A program made the translations under genes and the position numbers. DNA of 63,834 nt, counting the filler, from Dicyema japonicum (Eukaryota; Animalia; Dicyemida): NCBI GenBank assembly GCA_011109175.1. It is 6 parts of 6 records of this genome, joined end to end, with 100 filler letters (N's around TTAATTAATTAA, not from the genome) between each part and the next. Parts side by side here need not be neighbours in the genome. Positions count along the whole stretch, not along the records: positions 1 to 29,282 come from RDEW01000079.1; 5 more parts are not named here. The stretch is one strand, 5' to 3'. Below, in pieces: positions 12,419-24,538 of this stretch (position 1 is its first letter; each line of letters begins with the position of its first letter). A model generated the notes under the pieces. That model made no database searches. It had not been told where the DNA came from and worked only from the letters and a program-made list of their open reading frames with translations.

Positions 12419-15400
12419 ATGGGAATATCACCAAGGGTAGCAAGAAAACTCGTTTGTATTAAAAAGAACTATCCTCTCTATTTTTCCTCAAGACTCTCAT
12501 CTTCTGTATCCGCAGAACCATTTATTAATGGAACATCAAGTACATATCTGGAACAGATGTACGACTCTTGGCTGGTTGATCCAAAGTCTGTCCATGCTGT
12601 ATTTAATTCCACTTTGAATTACTAGTCTTGGAATGCATATTTTACTAATATAACCTCAGGAAAACTGCTGGACAGCTTTTTCAAGCCTCCTAATTTAAAT
12701 ATGTACCAAATTTAAACCGGAATGGAGGTTCTACAGAGCTTTTAAATATCATTAGAAAATATCAAGTAATATTTGAAAAAATATTTTTATTAGACTCAAG
12801 GATTCCGATATGTAATTAGACCCCTTGGAACTTAATGTTGAGAAACTAAGTTACGATTTAGGTACTAAATGAGTGTGGATTCTGTAATATCCTGCTACTA
12901 TTTTTAGCTTTATCCGACGTTGATAAAACATTTTCTATACCAAAAACATGCTACAAGTCTTGGTAATGGGACAGCCGAGATTACACTTGGTCAACTACTT
13001 AGTAGGCTTAAGGTATGTTTTCTAATATAATCTTCTAGGAAACATATTTGTGGGTCTATTGGTGTTGAATATAAGTATATTATCGATAAAGATCAGAGAG
13101 ATTTTATCCAACAAAGAATGGAGCGCGTTCCAGATAATTTACCAACGAAGGAGGCACAGAACTCTGTGAGACTACTACGCACAACAAAGTACAAATTTAC
13201 AAAATATAAATAAATATTTATCATTTTTTTAATTTAGATTAACTATTGTAATAAAAATGATCAATTAAGTATTAAATAATTAATTTCTAAAATAATTTTA
13301 GATTTGAAGAATTCCTTGCGAAAAAATTGGCCATCAGAGAAACGATTTGGTGTGGAAGGATGTGATTCTCTTATTCCACTTCTAAAAATGGTGATTGACT
13401 GTTCTGCAGAGAACGGAGTGAATAATTTCGTATTCGGAATGCCTCACAGGTTGATTACTCTTTAATAAGTTAAGGGGGCGATTAAATGTCCTTGCTGCTG
13501 TTTGTAATAAAAAAATTGAACACATTTTATGTCGTTTCAACTCATTTCTTGATCCATCAGACGAAGGGTTCTGGAGATGTGAAAAATACCACATTGGAGT
13601 ACTCCAAGAAATTGTCAATACAAAAAACTGGAAAACCAATCACGGTTTCTTTGGTTGCCAATCCTTCCCATTTGGAGGCAGTCAATCCAGTTGTCCAAGG
13701 AAAGACTAAAGCGACTCAATTCTATAATGGAGACGCTAAAGGGGATAACGTAAATCGTAGTTTTGGAATATTTTCATAGGTTATGAGCATAATCATGCAT
13801 GGCGATGCTTCTTTTGCTGGCCAGGGGGTAGTCTATGAGACATTACATTTATCAGGATGCCTGATTATACCACTCATGGAACAATTCATGTCGTAGTTAA
13901 TAATCAGGTTTTTAAATCATTAAAATTGTTAAAGATTGGTTTTACGACTGATCCTCGATGTTCGAGTCGTCAGAGTTTTGTACTGATGTGGCTAAAGTTA
14001 TCTCGGCTCCAATTTTTCATGTCAATGCTGACGATGTTGATGCAGTAATCAAAGTCGGTAAAATTGCTTCGGATTTTAGAGCCAAATTCAAAACTGATGT
14101 TGTTATTGATTGGTACTATTTTTGATTTATTTTTCAGATTGGATATCGCCGGAATGGCCACAATGAAACAGACGAACCAATGTTTACCCAACCAGTAATG
14201 TACAATAAAATAAGAAATACTTCAACCGTTCTTCAGAAATATCTGGAAAAACTAATTTCCGGAAGGAATTGTGACAAATGACCAATTTAATGTAGTCATG
14301 ATTATTTTATAAAAAGGCGGAATTGTGCTGAGTATTTGTCAACGTGTGAGAAAGCACTGTCTGACTCAAAGTTACTGATGAATAAGACTTCTGATTGGTT
14401 GGATTCAAAAATGGGCAGGGCAATTTGAATTGAAGAAAACTGAACTACCGGAATTTCCTCTGAAATAATAAGCCATATAGGAAAAGCTGTAAGTTCTGTG
14501 CCGTCTGACAATTCAAAACTTCATCCTGGTTATATAATCAAGATAATGTTAGTCTTATTGAGAACATTGAAAAAGAGAGAAAAAATGATCCAAAGCGGTG
14601 TATTTGATTGGGCTCTTGCAGAGTGTTTTGCATTCGGTTCTGCTCTTATGGATGGATTCCATGTCAGGCTCAGTGGACAAGATGTTCAACGTGGAACATT
14701 CAGGTTAGAATATATATGTTATTTTTAGTCATCGACATCACGTTATTCATGATCAGGAAACAGATTTAAAAACATTTATTCCTCTTAACAGTTTATCTTC
14801 ATCACAGGCCGCATATCACGTGTTGTAACAGCTCACTTTCAGAATACGCTGTTTTGGGTCATATTTTATCAATTAGTATTTTTTAATTAGGATTTGAGCA
14901 TGGATATTCACTACAGAATCCAAATTCTCTTGTAATTTGGGAAGCACAATTTGGAGACTTTTCAAATGGCGCCCAAATAATTATTGACCAATTCCTATCT
15001 CAGGTGAAGCCAATGGGGTCACCAGTCTGGTCTTGTACTCCTTCTTCCTCATGGATACGAAGGAATGGTTGTTTGTTGTAATTTCAACTAAAAGGGACCG
15101 GAGCATTCGAGTGCAAGACTTGAAAGATTTTTACAGTTAAGTTGTGATCCCGAAAGAACCTTCTGTTTTTTATTATTAAAATATTTCTTTAGAATTTCGA
15201 ATCAAACTCTGAACTAAATCAATTACAACAATCTTCTTGGTTTATTGTGAACTGTTCAACCCCTGCTAATTTCTTTCACGTGATCAGAAGACAAATAAAT
15301 CTTCCATTCCGTAAACCGGTAAAAGATTTTTGTGTTTTATTTCTTAGTTGGTGTTATGTCACCAAAATCTTTTGCGTTACCCGAAGCTCAGTCATCTTTA

Positions 15401-15917
15401 CAGGAAATAAGCCCAGAGTCTGTTTTCGTAGAGTAATATCTTCTCTTTAATTAATTTTAGGTGATTGGTGAAGATGGTGAAAAGTCGTCTGTTACACGAT
15501 TAATATTTACTACTGGGAAAATATATTATGATTTGATAAAATCTCGAGAAAAGCGAAATGAAATCCCAAACACTGCAATTATTCGAATTGAGCAAGTATT
15601 TTCTGTTATTTATTTTTAGTTATCCCCATTTCCTTTTTGACCTGGTCTCTCAAGAATTGTTGTCGTATCGAAATGTAAACGATATATTGTGGGTGCAGGA
15701 AGAGCCTAAGAATATGGGTGCCTGGTCTTTTGTATCCTCCAGGATTAACAACTCTCTTTCAGCATGTGGAATGAATGGTCGTTCGATACGGTAAAATCTT
15801 TCTCGATAGTATTTTTTTAGTTATGCAGGGAGGTCAATTTCTGCTTCTCCTGCTGCCGGTCACAAAATGGCACACGTTAATGAGCTTGAACTGTTATTAG
15901 AACAAGCGTTCTCTTAA
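12419..15917 (+). CDS. OGDH: 2-oxoglutarate dehydrogenase E1, mitochondrial
   Basis: [132 protein letters not shown]. Introns at 12599-12625, 13750-13779, 14704-14728 and 15068-15093; several 1-bp indels. Confidence 0.97.
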
Positions 15918-16039
15918 TTTAGCTACTAATTTGTTTAAAAAATTGTTATTAGTTTTGATAAAAATACTAAATAGCTAATTTATAAACAAATTTCAATAGG
16001 AAAAATTATACAATCAAAAAAAATATTTGTCGAGTAAAT

Positions 16040-16900
16040 CTAAATGAGACAACAACGACTGGTGAAATCTGTACCTGGATCTCAGGAAAAAAGCTTATCA
16101 ATACACTTGCCGATGGGGGGGACGCTGTTTTCAAAAGTACCAAACGATAAGGACTCCAGAGAATATATCTTTCTGTTGCAATTGAAAGAGATCAACTTTA
16201 TTTTTAAGGAAGCGGGATTATTATCCAAAAAGAGTAACTTTTAGGTACGGGACGCGGATCTAGCGTTACTGGCAGTGTTCACTCACAGTTACTCGTGGAC
16301 GATAGCAGAATGGGGGCACCAAGAGATAACTCAGATGGTATCGCATGATCACCCTGAGTAGTGGAGTTTAATAGTTTATGCAGATTGCCCGAATCCTTCC
16401 GCATATGGAAAGCAATTAGGCTAGCATAGTAATTAAGGTGAAAATAGCCGTTTTAGTTGTTGTAAATAACATGGAGATATCGAAGTCTGCCTTAAAAAAA
16501 TCACAACGAACCCTTGAGATGCGGAGGTATTTTTATCATCAGTATTATGACGATGACCTCGAAACCAGACAAAAAGTCTGGGAAGCAGCCAGCATGTAAC
16601 GAGGTCATTGTAATTAATTGCAGCTGAAGACACTGTTTAACTGTTCAAAGACTGTAAGAGGCCACGCAACAGCGTTCAGAATTCGTGGAGAGATTATCAA
16701 GTCCAACGGTACATCAGAAGGGGTCAAAGGAATTATGTGGGCAAGAAAATCCTGCCCTGCTGAAGTAAAGGCAGGGGAATGGAATGTAGAGGAAGACAAA
16801 AAGGCACTTCCAGGCTGGTAACTTCGCTAAGAAACTTTTTGATAGTTTGACGCATGGCAAATAGAGAACCTGTCGCAACTATTCCTGTCGATTAAGAGGG
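16040..16900 (+). mobile_element. GC-richer degenerate sequence, probable retroelement remnant
   Basis: Compositional shift and broken ORFs without introns; no diagnostic motif recognised. Confidence 0.25.
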
Positions 16901-17135
16901 ATAGAGATGATAATAAAAATTGACACCAAAAAACACGAGCATAAAACATTTCTCATTGATAAAACATTTTTACATTTTTTTAAATGTGTTCAGGTTGAAT
17001 CCTGACAAAAAATGTAAAGATAAAAACATGATAATATAATTTGATTATTTTAGAATCATAACATTTTTAAATATTTGTAATTAAATAATTGTGCTTTGTT
17101 GTTCATTTTGTATCCAGTAAAGTAATTTATGATAA

Positions 17136-17787
17136 ATGGCATCATTTTTGAGACACAGCTTGCTTTTAAATCAACACAATTTAAAAATTTCTCAGTGCTT
17201 TTTGTAAAACTACGCTCGTCGATATTTCTCGGCTTCCAAAAAAAGTTAAACAAAAAGCAGAATTTAAACTTACCGGATTTGAGAATATCGACGAACTTCG
17301 TAAAATTTTTGGAAAATTTGGGATTGCCTCAGACATTGATCTAAGATCTCTGTGGCCTTCCGCAGAAGAAATTAAAGAAATGGCCGAAGAAGATTCTTTG
17401 TTTGAGCCGAACATTAATTTACTAAAACAAAAAATTATTGACAATAAAGAAAAAACAGGAAAAAGAAATTGCGGCAAGGTTCAATAAAATTTTTACGATA
17501 CTTCTAGACGTAAAGAAATATCCGATAATTTAAAAAGAATGCCAGAGCTAATTAAATCATATCGTCAACAACGTGCTAAATTACATGAAGCTAAAAGAAA
17601 GAGCGAAGAAAAGAAAAGAACCATGCTTATGGAAGCACAGCAAGAGTTTGGATATTTACTTCGAACTTCTGATCCTAAATTTAAGAAATTTGTCGAAGAT
17701 AGAACAATGAGATTAAAAGAAGATGCTAAATTAAAGAAAAAAGATCAAAGGAGAATAAGACTGGAACAGTCCGGAAAATATAGTTAA
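17136..17787 (+). CDS. GADD45GIP1: Mitoribosomal protein mL64 (CRIF1)
   Basis: GKFGIASDIDLRSLWPSAEEIKEM, KEIAAR|RKEISDNLKRMPELI, LMEAQQEFGY..DPKFKKF. Intron 17479-17507 (29 nt); two extra A in homopolymers. Confidence 0.85.
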
Positions 17788-17945
17788 TAAAACTTACTAT
17801 TCAATTTTTTCATAAAATAATGTATTTTATTTAAGAAATAAGTTTCAAATTCTGAAAATTCGTGGCTTTTATAGTAAGATTTAAGTGCATTAAAAATATG
17901 GGTTCATGTTTAGAGCCTTACTTATATGCTGTGATTTGACTATCA

Positions 17946-19207
17946 CAGCGGTTCTCAACCTTTTTTTAGACTGGGACCACTTTTGCACTATAAAATTTTT
18001 GTGGGGACCACTTGAAATAAAATAAAAATTTTTGCTATTAGCGCACAATTTTTGGCCTCGTCAGGGGAGGTTAGACATGTTCGACTATTTATTTATAAAA
18101 ATAACATGAACTTTAAAAATAACAGCAATCTAACAGTAATTCAGTGAGATTTCTGATCTTGTTGTTCAGAATAATTTACTTCGAAATAGTGTTTAGTTTT
18201 ACAACAGTGATTAGTGTTTTTCTTAACTACACAAATAGTTTTGAACAAAGTGCATATTTGTGCAATGCACAATGTCTTGTAACAATATCAGGAACCAAGT
18301 CCTTAGTACGAGTAACAAGTCCATATTGATGACCAATCATTGCAGGTGCACCATCAGTACATATAGATCCAACTTTATCCCATTGGATTTTATTCGTCTT
18401 CATAAAATTGTCAAAAATATTAAAAATGTCCTCTCCACGAGTGTATCCATCTCCAAACAAAATAAAAAACTCATCAATAATATTTATATGATCAACAAAG
18501 CGAACATAAGACACAAGCTGACAAACGTTAGAAATGTCAGTTACCTCGTCCAATTAGATACTTATCTTGCGTTAACTTATATTGATTCGTTTAATTAATT
18601 GCTCCAGGATATCACATTACGATTCTGAAATTCTACGGGAAATTGAATCCTTGGATAATGATATGTTTTTAAGCTTGGTAACTGCATCTAGGTTCAATTA
18701 ACTTTTCTTCGGAATTATGTGTGGCTTTGTTTTTTGCAATAATTATTGAGACCTATTTGTTCTAGATATAAATTAAAATTACAGCATGTGATGCTTCTAA
18801 TCTCGGTTTATATTGGGATTTATTAAACCATTCAAGCTTTGGATTTGAATCAAATATTCATGTTAGCAACAATTTACTGGGTGTGCAGACTCTTTGTGGC
18901 GCCTAAGTTGAAAGGTTTCAGTGAATTTTTTCCCAAAATTATACGGCAAATCATTCATTTTGCCTTCATTTCATTGTTTGAGTTAACAAATTTAGTGAAA
19001 CCAAATTTAACGTAGGAATCCGACTAAAGACGACGATTTTTGTTATCCATAAGTAGAATGATAAACCACGCTAATAAAATCAGGCTAATTTCAATTTTTG
19101 GTTTATACTTAATTACACAATTAGTTTTAACTTTAATATATTTTTATTTTTTCAAAATTCCTGGGGACCACTAAAAATTTTCTGGGGACCACGGTTGAGA
19201 ACCGCTG
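17946..19207 (-). mobile_element. hAT (Charlie/Buster-type) deletion derivative
   Basis: TIRs CAGCGGTTCTCAACC at 17946 and GGTTGAGAACCGCTG ending at 19207; transposase fragment DEVTDISNVCQL..ICTDGAPAMIG..HCALH; TSD not matched. Confidence 0.9.
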
Positions 19208-19329
19208 CTCTAAAAATAACTCGAGGATAAACTTAGTCAAAGAATTCTGAGAGGAATAAAAATAAAACGAGGGATATTGATCTAAGAAAAATATTCCTGG
19301 ATATACATTTGATTCTGCAGTCCTACGGA

Positions 19330-19830
19330 ATTCCTTACTCACTTCTCTTGAAATAAAAAAAACCAGTTTAACCAGACTGCCCTCAATGTCTTACTGCTTG
19401 GATTATTTCAAATAGGTATTAAGATAATGAATTGTGACATATGAGTAGCCAAACTTACAATGAGTGATAATAGCGACACACAAAATACAATCAGATCAGC
19501 TAAAAAACTGAAAATCAGCAGAACCAGCATCTGTTCAAATATGCAATGCTTTGTGTTGAATCATGTTGTATTTCAGAATAGGCAAAACCCAAGATGCTTC
19601 TTGCCTTGGTTGCGGTTTATTATTTATTGTTCCCTTGTCCTGGAACAGACGACATGGACAAAAGCTGGGACTTGATTACACCAGAAGTAGCATAGGCTCG
19701 TAAAGCATTAGACAAGATATCAACGAATTCAGTTCTTTTCGAATAAACATAAAAAATGATATGATTTATGAAATTGCATTGAATAAAAATTAGATGTTCA
19801 TTGTAGTTTGTCACCATTACGGAAAGATAA
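19330..19830 (-). mobile_element. Old CR1/L2-like LINE remnant
   Basis: KARSILGF followed by degenerate post-RT motifs. Confidence 0.3.
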
Positions 19831-20113
19831 TCGATTAATTAAAGTTATTTTAAGAGAATAAACAAAATAATAATGATAAATTAAAACTTTATGAAGAGGC
19901 ACTCTTAGATAACACTTATGTATACAAAATAAATTTAATGAATGATATTTGAAAAATGATATTTTTTAATTTAAAGACACGTAATTTATTTTAATCCAAA
20001 ATGCAAAGTATATTAAAAATTTTGGAGTTATTGCGGTTTTATTTTTAAGATGATAATCGATAAAAATTCAATATATAAACAATTTTGATTAATCTTTTAA
20101 ATTTTTTTAAAGA

Positions 20114-20800
20114 ATGCCTTTTCCGAATGATGATTTTTTAAATAATTTCAACACACTTGGAGCTTTCCACGTTTTAAAATATAGTTAAAATATAATTAAA
20201 TAGATTGACAAATTTGACTCAGATCAACACAAGCTAAACGAATTAATTGCTGTTATTAAAATTTAAAATTTTGTAGGGTTTTGGGAAAGAATAATTACAG
20301 ACGACTGCAACTGTTACTACAAGCATAAATTTAAAAAAAAGAGTTATGATTTCTTTTAAAATAACAAACATTTTTTTCGGTTTTGGTTAAATAAAATGTT
20401 CTTTCCTTAATTATTTGTAATTTCATTTAATTAATTTCATAAACTTGGGTAGATATGTTTCTTTTATTTGATATCTTAATTCAATTTGCGTGAATTACTT
20501 CCCTACTAAATTTAATACAAATGTCAAAAAGCAAATAATAGCAGGAATTACTAATAAACATGAATATACGGTTCTGGAATCCAGTATTTCTTATTAAAAA
20601 AGTATTAATTTGTTTATTACTATTATTAATAGCAGTTTCGAAGAACCAAAAAGTAATTTATTTAATTAAGGTTCCGCTTGTGCCGTGATTTACATCAGGT
20701 TATTCTTTCTCCAATTCTCATAACTAAGTTCCTCCAAGATCTACGGTTTTTTGCAATTTCTCTGAACATATCCAAATCATATCCCGTTTACAGCTTTCGT
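20114..20800 (+). CDS. Orphan spliced gene, copy 2
   Basis: MPFPNDDFLNNFNTLGAFH|IDKFDSDQHKLNELIA|GFGK; synonymous differences relative to copy 1 (CAT/CAC, AAA/AAG). Confidence 0.5.
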
Positions 20801-20804
20801 CTTA

Positions 20805-21047
20805 ATAATAATAGCCTTTTCACGAGAGCCATAGTACTATATGACCCCGCATAGGGAGGACATACACTTGAGGAGTGACGCTGACATCGGTGGCTTTCCA
20901 AAAAGTGGAACCGAACTGTCTAGAAATGACCCACACGCAAAGAAAAGAAAAATAATTGAAGAACATTGGCCTTTTCCTTCAGATTAATTAACATTAACTG
21001 TTCTTCACTTAAAATAAAGTGTGTGTCTTGCCTATGCAGAGTCATAT
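20805..21047 (-). mobile_element. SINE copy with 5' inversion
   Basis: 13-bp TSD AGCTTTCGTCTTA (20792-20804 and 21048-21060); 3' end and TAT tail on the minus strand; the remainder is inverted SINE body. Confidence 0.8.
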
Positions 21048-21255
21048 AGCTTTCGTCTTACACTAATTTATTTCATCATTGATATTCATGTACTATAAAA
21101 ATAATAATTTTGTAATAGTTCTTATTTAACATTAGAAAAAGAACTTATTTCAAACTTAATTTTATATTTGAGTAAAAATAATTCATCCATTGTGAATATT
21201 AAACATAATTTAACTGATTTATATAATCCATTTTAGAAAATGACATTTTGCGAAA

Positions 21256-21401
21256 TCACTTACCTGGTCGTGGATGTTTGTTATCAATCAGGCAAGTGTG
21301 CCATTCGCTGGCCATCCATTGCACTTTGGCTCGCCTTGGAATGTGGTCGGTTCCAATCGGGCTGTTCTACGGCATATTTTTTTCGTGTGCTTTTTGCGCA
21401 T
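21256..21401 (+). ncRNA. U1: U1 snRNA
   Basis: ACTTACCTGG (21258-21267); stem-loop I with ATCA..AG loop; U1A site CC-ATTGCAC-TTT-GG (21318-21324); stem III TTGGAA/TTCCAA; U-rich Sm-like site 21374-21385; terminal GTGTGC/GCGCAT hairpin. Confidence 0.9.
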
Positions 21402-21623
21402 TTTTATTTAAATTTTTTGTATTTCTTCCTATCTTTTTTCTTAAATCAATCAAATCTACTTGAAACTTTTCACTAGGAAAATGACCCACAATTTAGATCT
21501 AATCGTGCTACTGTTTCAGTGGCATAGCAAATTTGCACATATTGCACTCACTTACGTCTTGACGAATCAGAACCAATCACTTGCAACGCCATACAAACCG
21601 TTTGCCACGGTAGACAAACCAGT

Positions 21624-21898
21624 CAGTATGTGATACCTATTGTATTTTGGTATCTAACTATCAAAAAGTGAAACTTGAGACGACACCCAAGTGTCATGGC
21701 AGTCGGGGAAAGACATGGGGAGATCTTCGACAATGGTACCAGCTTGGATGTTGGGAAAAACATCTGACTGGAAGACAGACCTATTTTTGTTTCAAAGTTA
21801 GATCGGGTGTGCCCTCTGATCGCTGTAATTGGAAGGAAAGTTGGTTTACTTTCCAAGTAAGTTGCTTGACAGTGTTTGAAGGCTGGGTCGCACATCTG
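21624..21898 (+). ncRNA. Candidate structured RNA (~275 nt), identity unknown
   Basis: Closing helix CAG(T)ATGTG/CACATCTG and at least five internal hairpins; G-U pairs favour the + strand. A competing minus-strand ORF also exists. Confidence 0.35.
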
Positions 21899-23119
21899 TT
21901 ACTTATACTTCTTTTCGGTGGTTTCTTTTGAGGAGGTCTTTGTGGGGCATTTTGTTAATTTTTTTCAAAACATTCTTGTTCTGAGTGTTTATTATGTGAC
22001 CATCCCTCCCAATCATTGACAAAAATTCGTTAGAACCTACATCAGGAAATAGGTCAGTTAAGATGGATTGCACAAAAATTAAATAGTTCCCGCGTGCCTC
22101 ACCCGCAATGTTGTCGAAAGACATATTTACAGGTTTATCAAAATCTTCCCGAGACAGTACAAGGCCATCAATAATTAATTGACTATTATAACCTTGACTG
22201 CCTATACTCCGGCAGTGGATATGTTTATTTGCGCTAAGGCAGGGGTTGCCAACCTTTTTCACTGGCGAGCTACTATTCTGTATATATTTTAATAACACAA
22301 TTGTTATTTTATAATTAAAAGTTAAAGGGATTTTTGGCATTGTAATTGCGATTCTCTTGCGATTATTTCGAATTCTGGCTCGTATAAGTTTATTGCTATT
22401 CTTATGCAATCTCCAAGATGGTCATCCGTTAAACAGATCCTGTATTGAGATTTTATCATTTTCATGCTTGAAAATGATGTTGCGGATAGATATGTGCTTC
22501 CAAAGCATGAAAGAATTCGTTGATACAAATTAATAAAAATTGGATATTTTCTGGAGACATAAATCTCCACATGTTGACATTTGAATATAATCTTAAAATA
22601 AGGTCATTTTTTAGATTTATAATTTCTATTCCAATTTTTTTGGTTCAAAGTCAAAAATCTTTCTAAATTCTTCTGAAACATTTTCGATGTCTTTCTCCAT
22701 GAGCGGAAAGCAAAGAAACTGCATAATATTGGAATTTTCTTGAAACCGATAAATCTGTGTTTAAACTATATAGATCATTATATTTTCTAGTACCATTGCA
22801 AATTCATTGAGATAATGATTTTTCTCGGCAAATTGTTTTGTGAATTCATCTTCAATGTTAGGAAAATGGGTAAATTTTTTTTTCTTCATTATGATTAGAT
22901 GCCTTCTAATCGACTCCCTTGGTAAAAAGGCTTGAGAAACCAATGAACATACTAATAATGAATAGTGAGAAATAAAACAGCAAAAAGAAAATAAAATAAA
23001 AGTATGTTCATCAAGATGAGAAAAAATATGTACAAAATAAATTTTTATTGACACAAAATTCCATAGTGCACCACAAGAAAAACAAATAATAGTAAACGTA
23101 TAAACACGTTGAATGAATG

Positions 23120-23700
23120 TTTATTGTAAGAAAGCCGAGGAAAGTGACAGTATGTGGAAAGAAGTATATACTAGACGATACTCTACATGGTTCTTGTGAG
23201 CAGTCCTTTTCTTGTTCTTTCTACTCGCACTCATTCACGACACAATTCTCCAAGTCGGCAGAATTGCCATTGTCGGTTCTTTCTAATCGTTTATTCCAGC
23301 TCCTATCTATGCCTTTGCCAATAATCTTTACGTTTTCTCATTCCCCTCGCGCTAAACTCACTCCACCAGGAATCCACCCCAATCGTATCTAGAGAAACAA
23401 CTTCGACTGAATTCCACTTCAAGAGAATCTCAGATTCCTCCAGAAATATTACGCTCAGACTTTACGTTACAGAGATTTATTCGAAATGGCGTTGACATTC
23501 GACTTCAGAGCGGAAGCAACTTCTATCGTTCACTTTGGAGTATTTGTGAATTTTTCTAAGATCCAGTGTGGGTGGAATGAACCTCCAGCAACATGTTACT
23601 TCAGATTCTAACAATTTGGGTACAATGCCCAACGCTCTGTCCAAGCGGTGATTGTTTCCAAACCTGCAATTAAAAATTATAAAATTAATGGATTTTAGAG
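23120..23700 (-). mobile_element. Degenerate LINE-like fragment inside the hAT
   Basis: Intronless broken ORFs (HRLDRAL..CWRF) resembling the post-endonuclease region of non-LTR elements. Confidence 0.3.
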
Positions 23701-23894
23701 AAACCCTGTCCCTCGTATGTCTTGATAAAAATATATTAATTAGCGCACATTGGGTGACAATGAATAAATAAAAACAATACATGTGTATATTTAACGTGCA
23801 TAGTAGTATGTTTCGTATGTCTCTACATATCTAATTTTAACTAATCATTCTCTTGCATGGCAGCTTTTTGTTTTAGGTAGAGCCTGAGAGTAAA

Positions 23895-23975
23895 GATTAT
23901 TTATTTTTACCCCAGGATCACCGGTTATAAGGAAAAAAGAAAAGTCCTAGCTAACTAAGTGATCCCAGACCATGG
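23895..23975 (-). mobile_element. Very short LINE family B 3' end
   Basis: Matches 11318-11395 (CCCCAGGATCAC..CTAACTAAGTGATCCCAGACC). Confidence 0.75.
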
Positions 23976-24538
23976 CAAGATACATTGCATATGTTTTTAA
24001 CTTCATTATACTTTAATTACATAAAATTAAAAAATTTCTGAATACGTCGGAGATCGGATTTTATTAAAATTAATAACTAATTAATCATTGCCAATGACTA
24101 TTTGTATTAATTTATCTTTTTTTCGATATGACATTTTGTCAATTTGATGTTGGAGCTAAGTTAACGGCGTGTTTGTGTATCGGACTGTGACAAATAATAA
24201 TGCCCTTTTATTAAATGGATTGGAATGTCGAATTCGTTCTGCATTTCCAATCCAATAGAACGACCGAACCGCCCAATTATTCGAGCCAATGGTAATCGTG
24301 GCGGGAACTTCTTGTCATTCCACGACTATTCACGCTTCAGACAAGTTTGAGACGTCTGATAAGTGGGGTAAGATCTGTGATAACGTCGGTGCCTAACTGA
24401 TGGTCGACATGGCCCACATCTCTGAAAAGGTTGTGCCAATGTCATTCCCAGTTCCTTCCCCTACGACAGGGTGGCCAACCTTTTCCACCGGCGAGCTACT
24501 TTTCAAATTGCGATTTTTTGGTGATCGACTTATAGATA

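Noticed and set aside
21624-21898. Firm call as RNase P/MRP, dicistrovirus IGR IRES or telomerase RNA
   Set aside because: The P4/CR-V pairing, IRES pseudoknots and a TTAGGG template were not found; kept only as an unnamed candidate.
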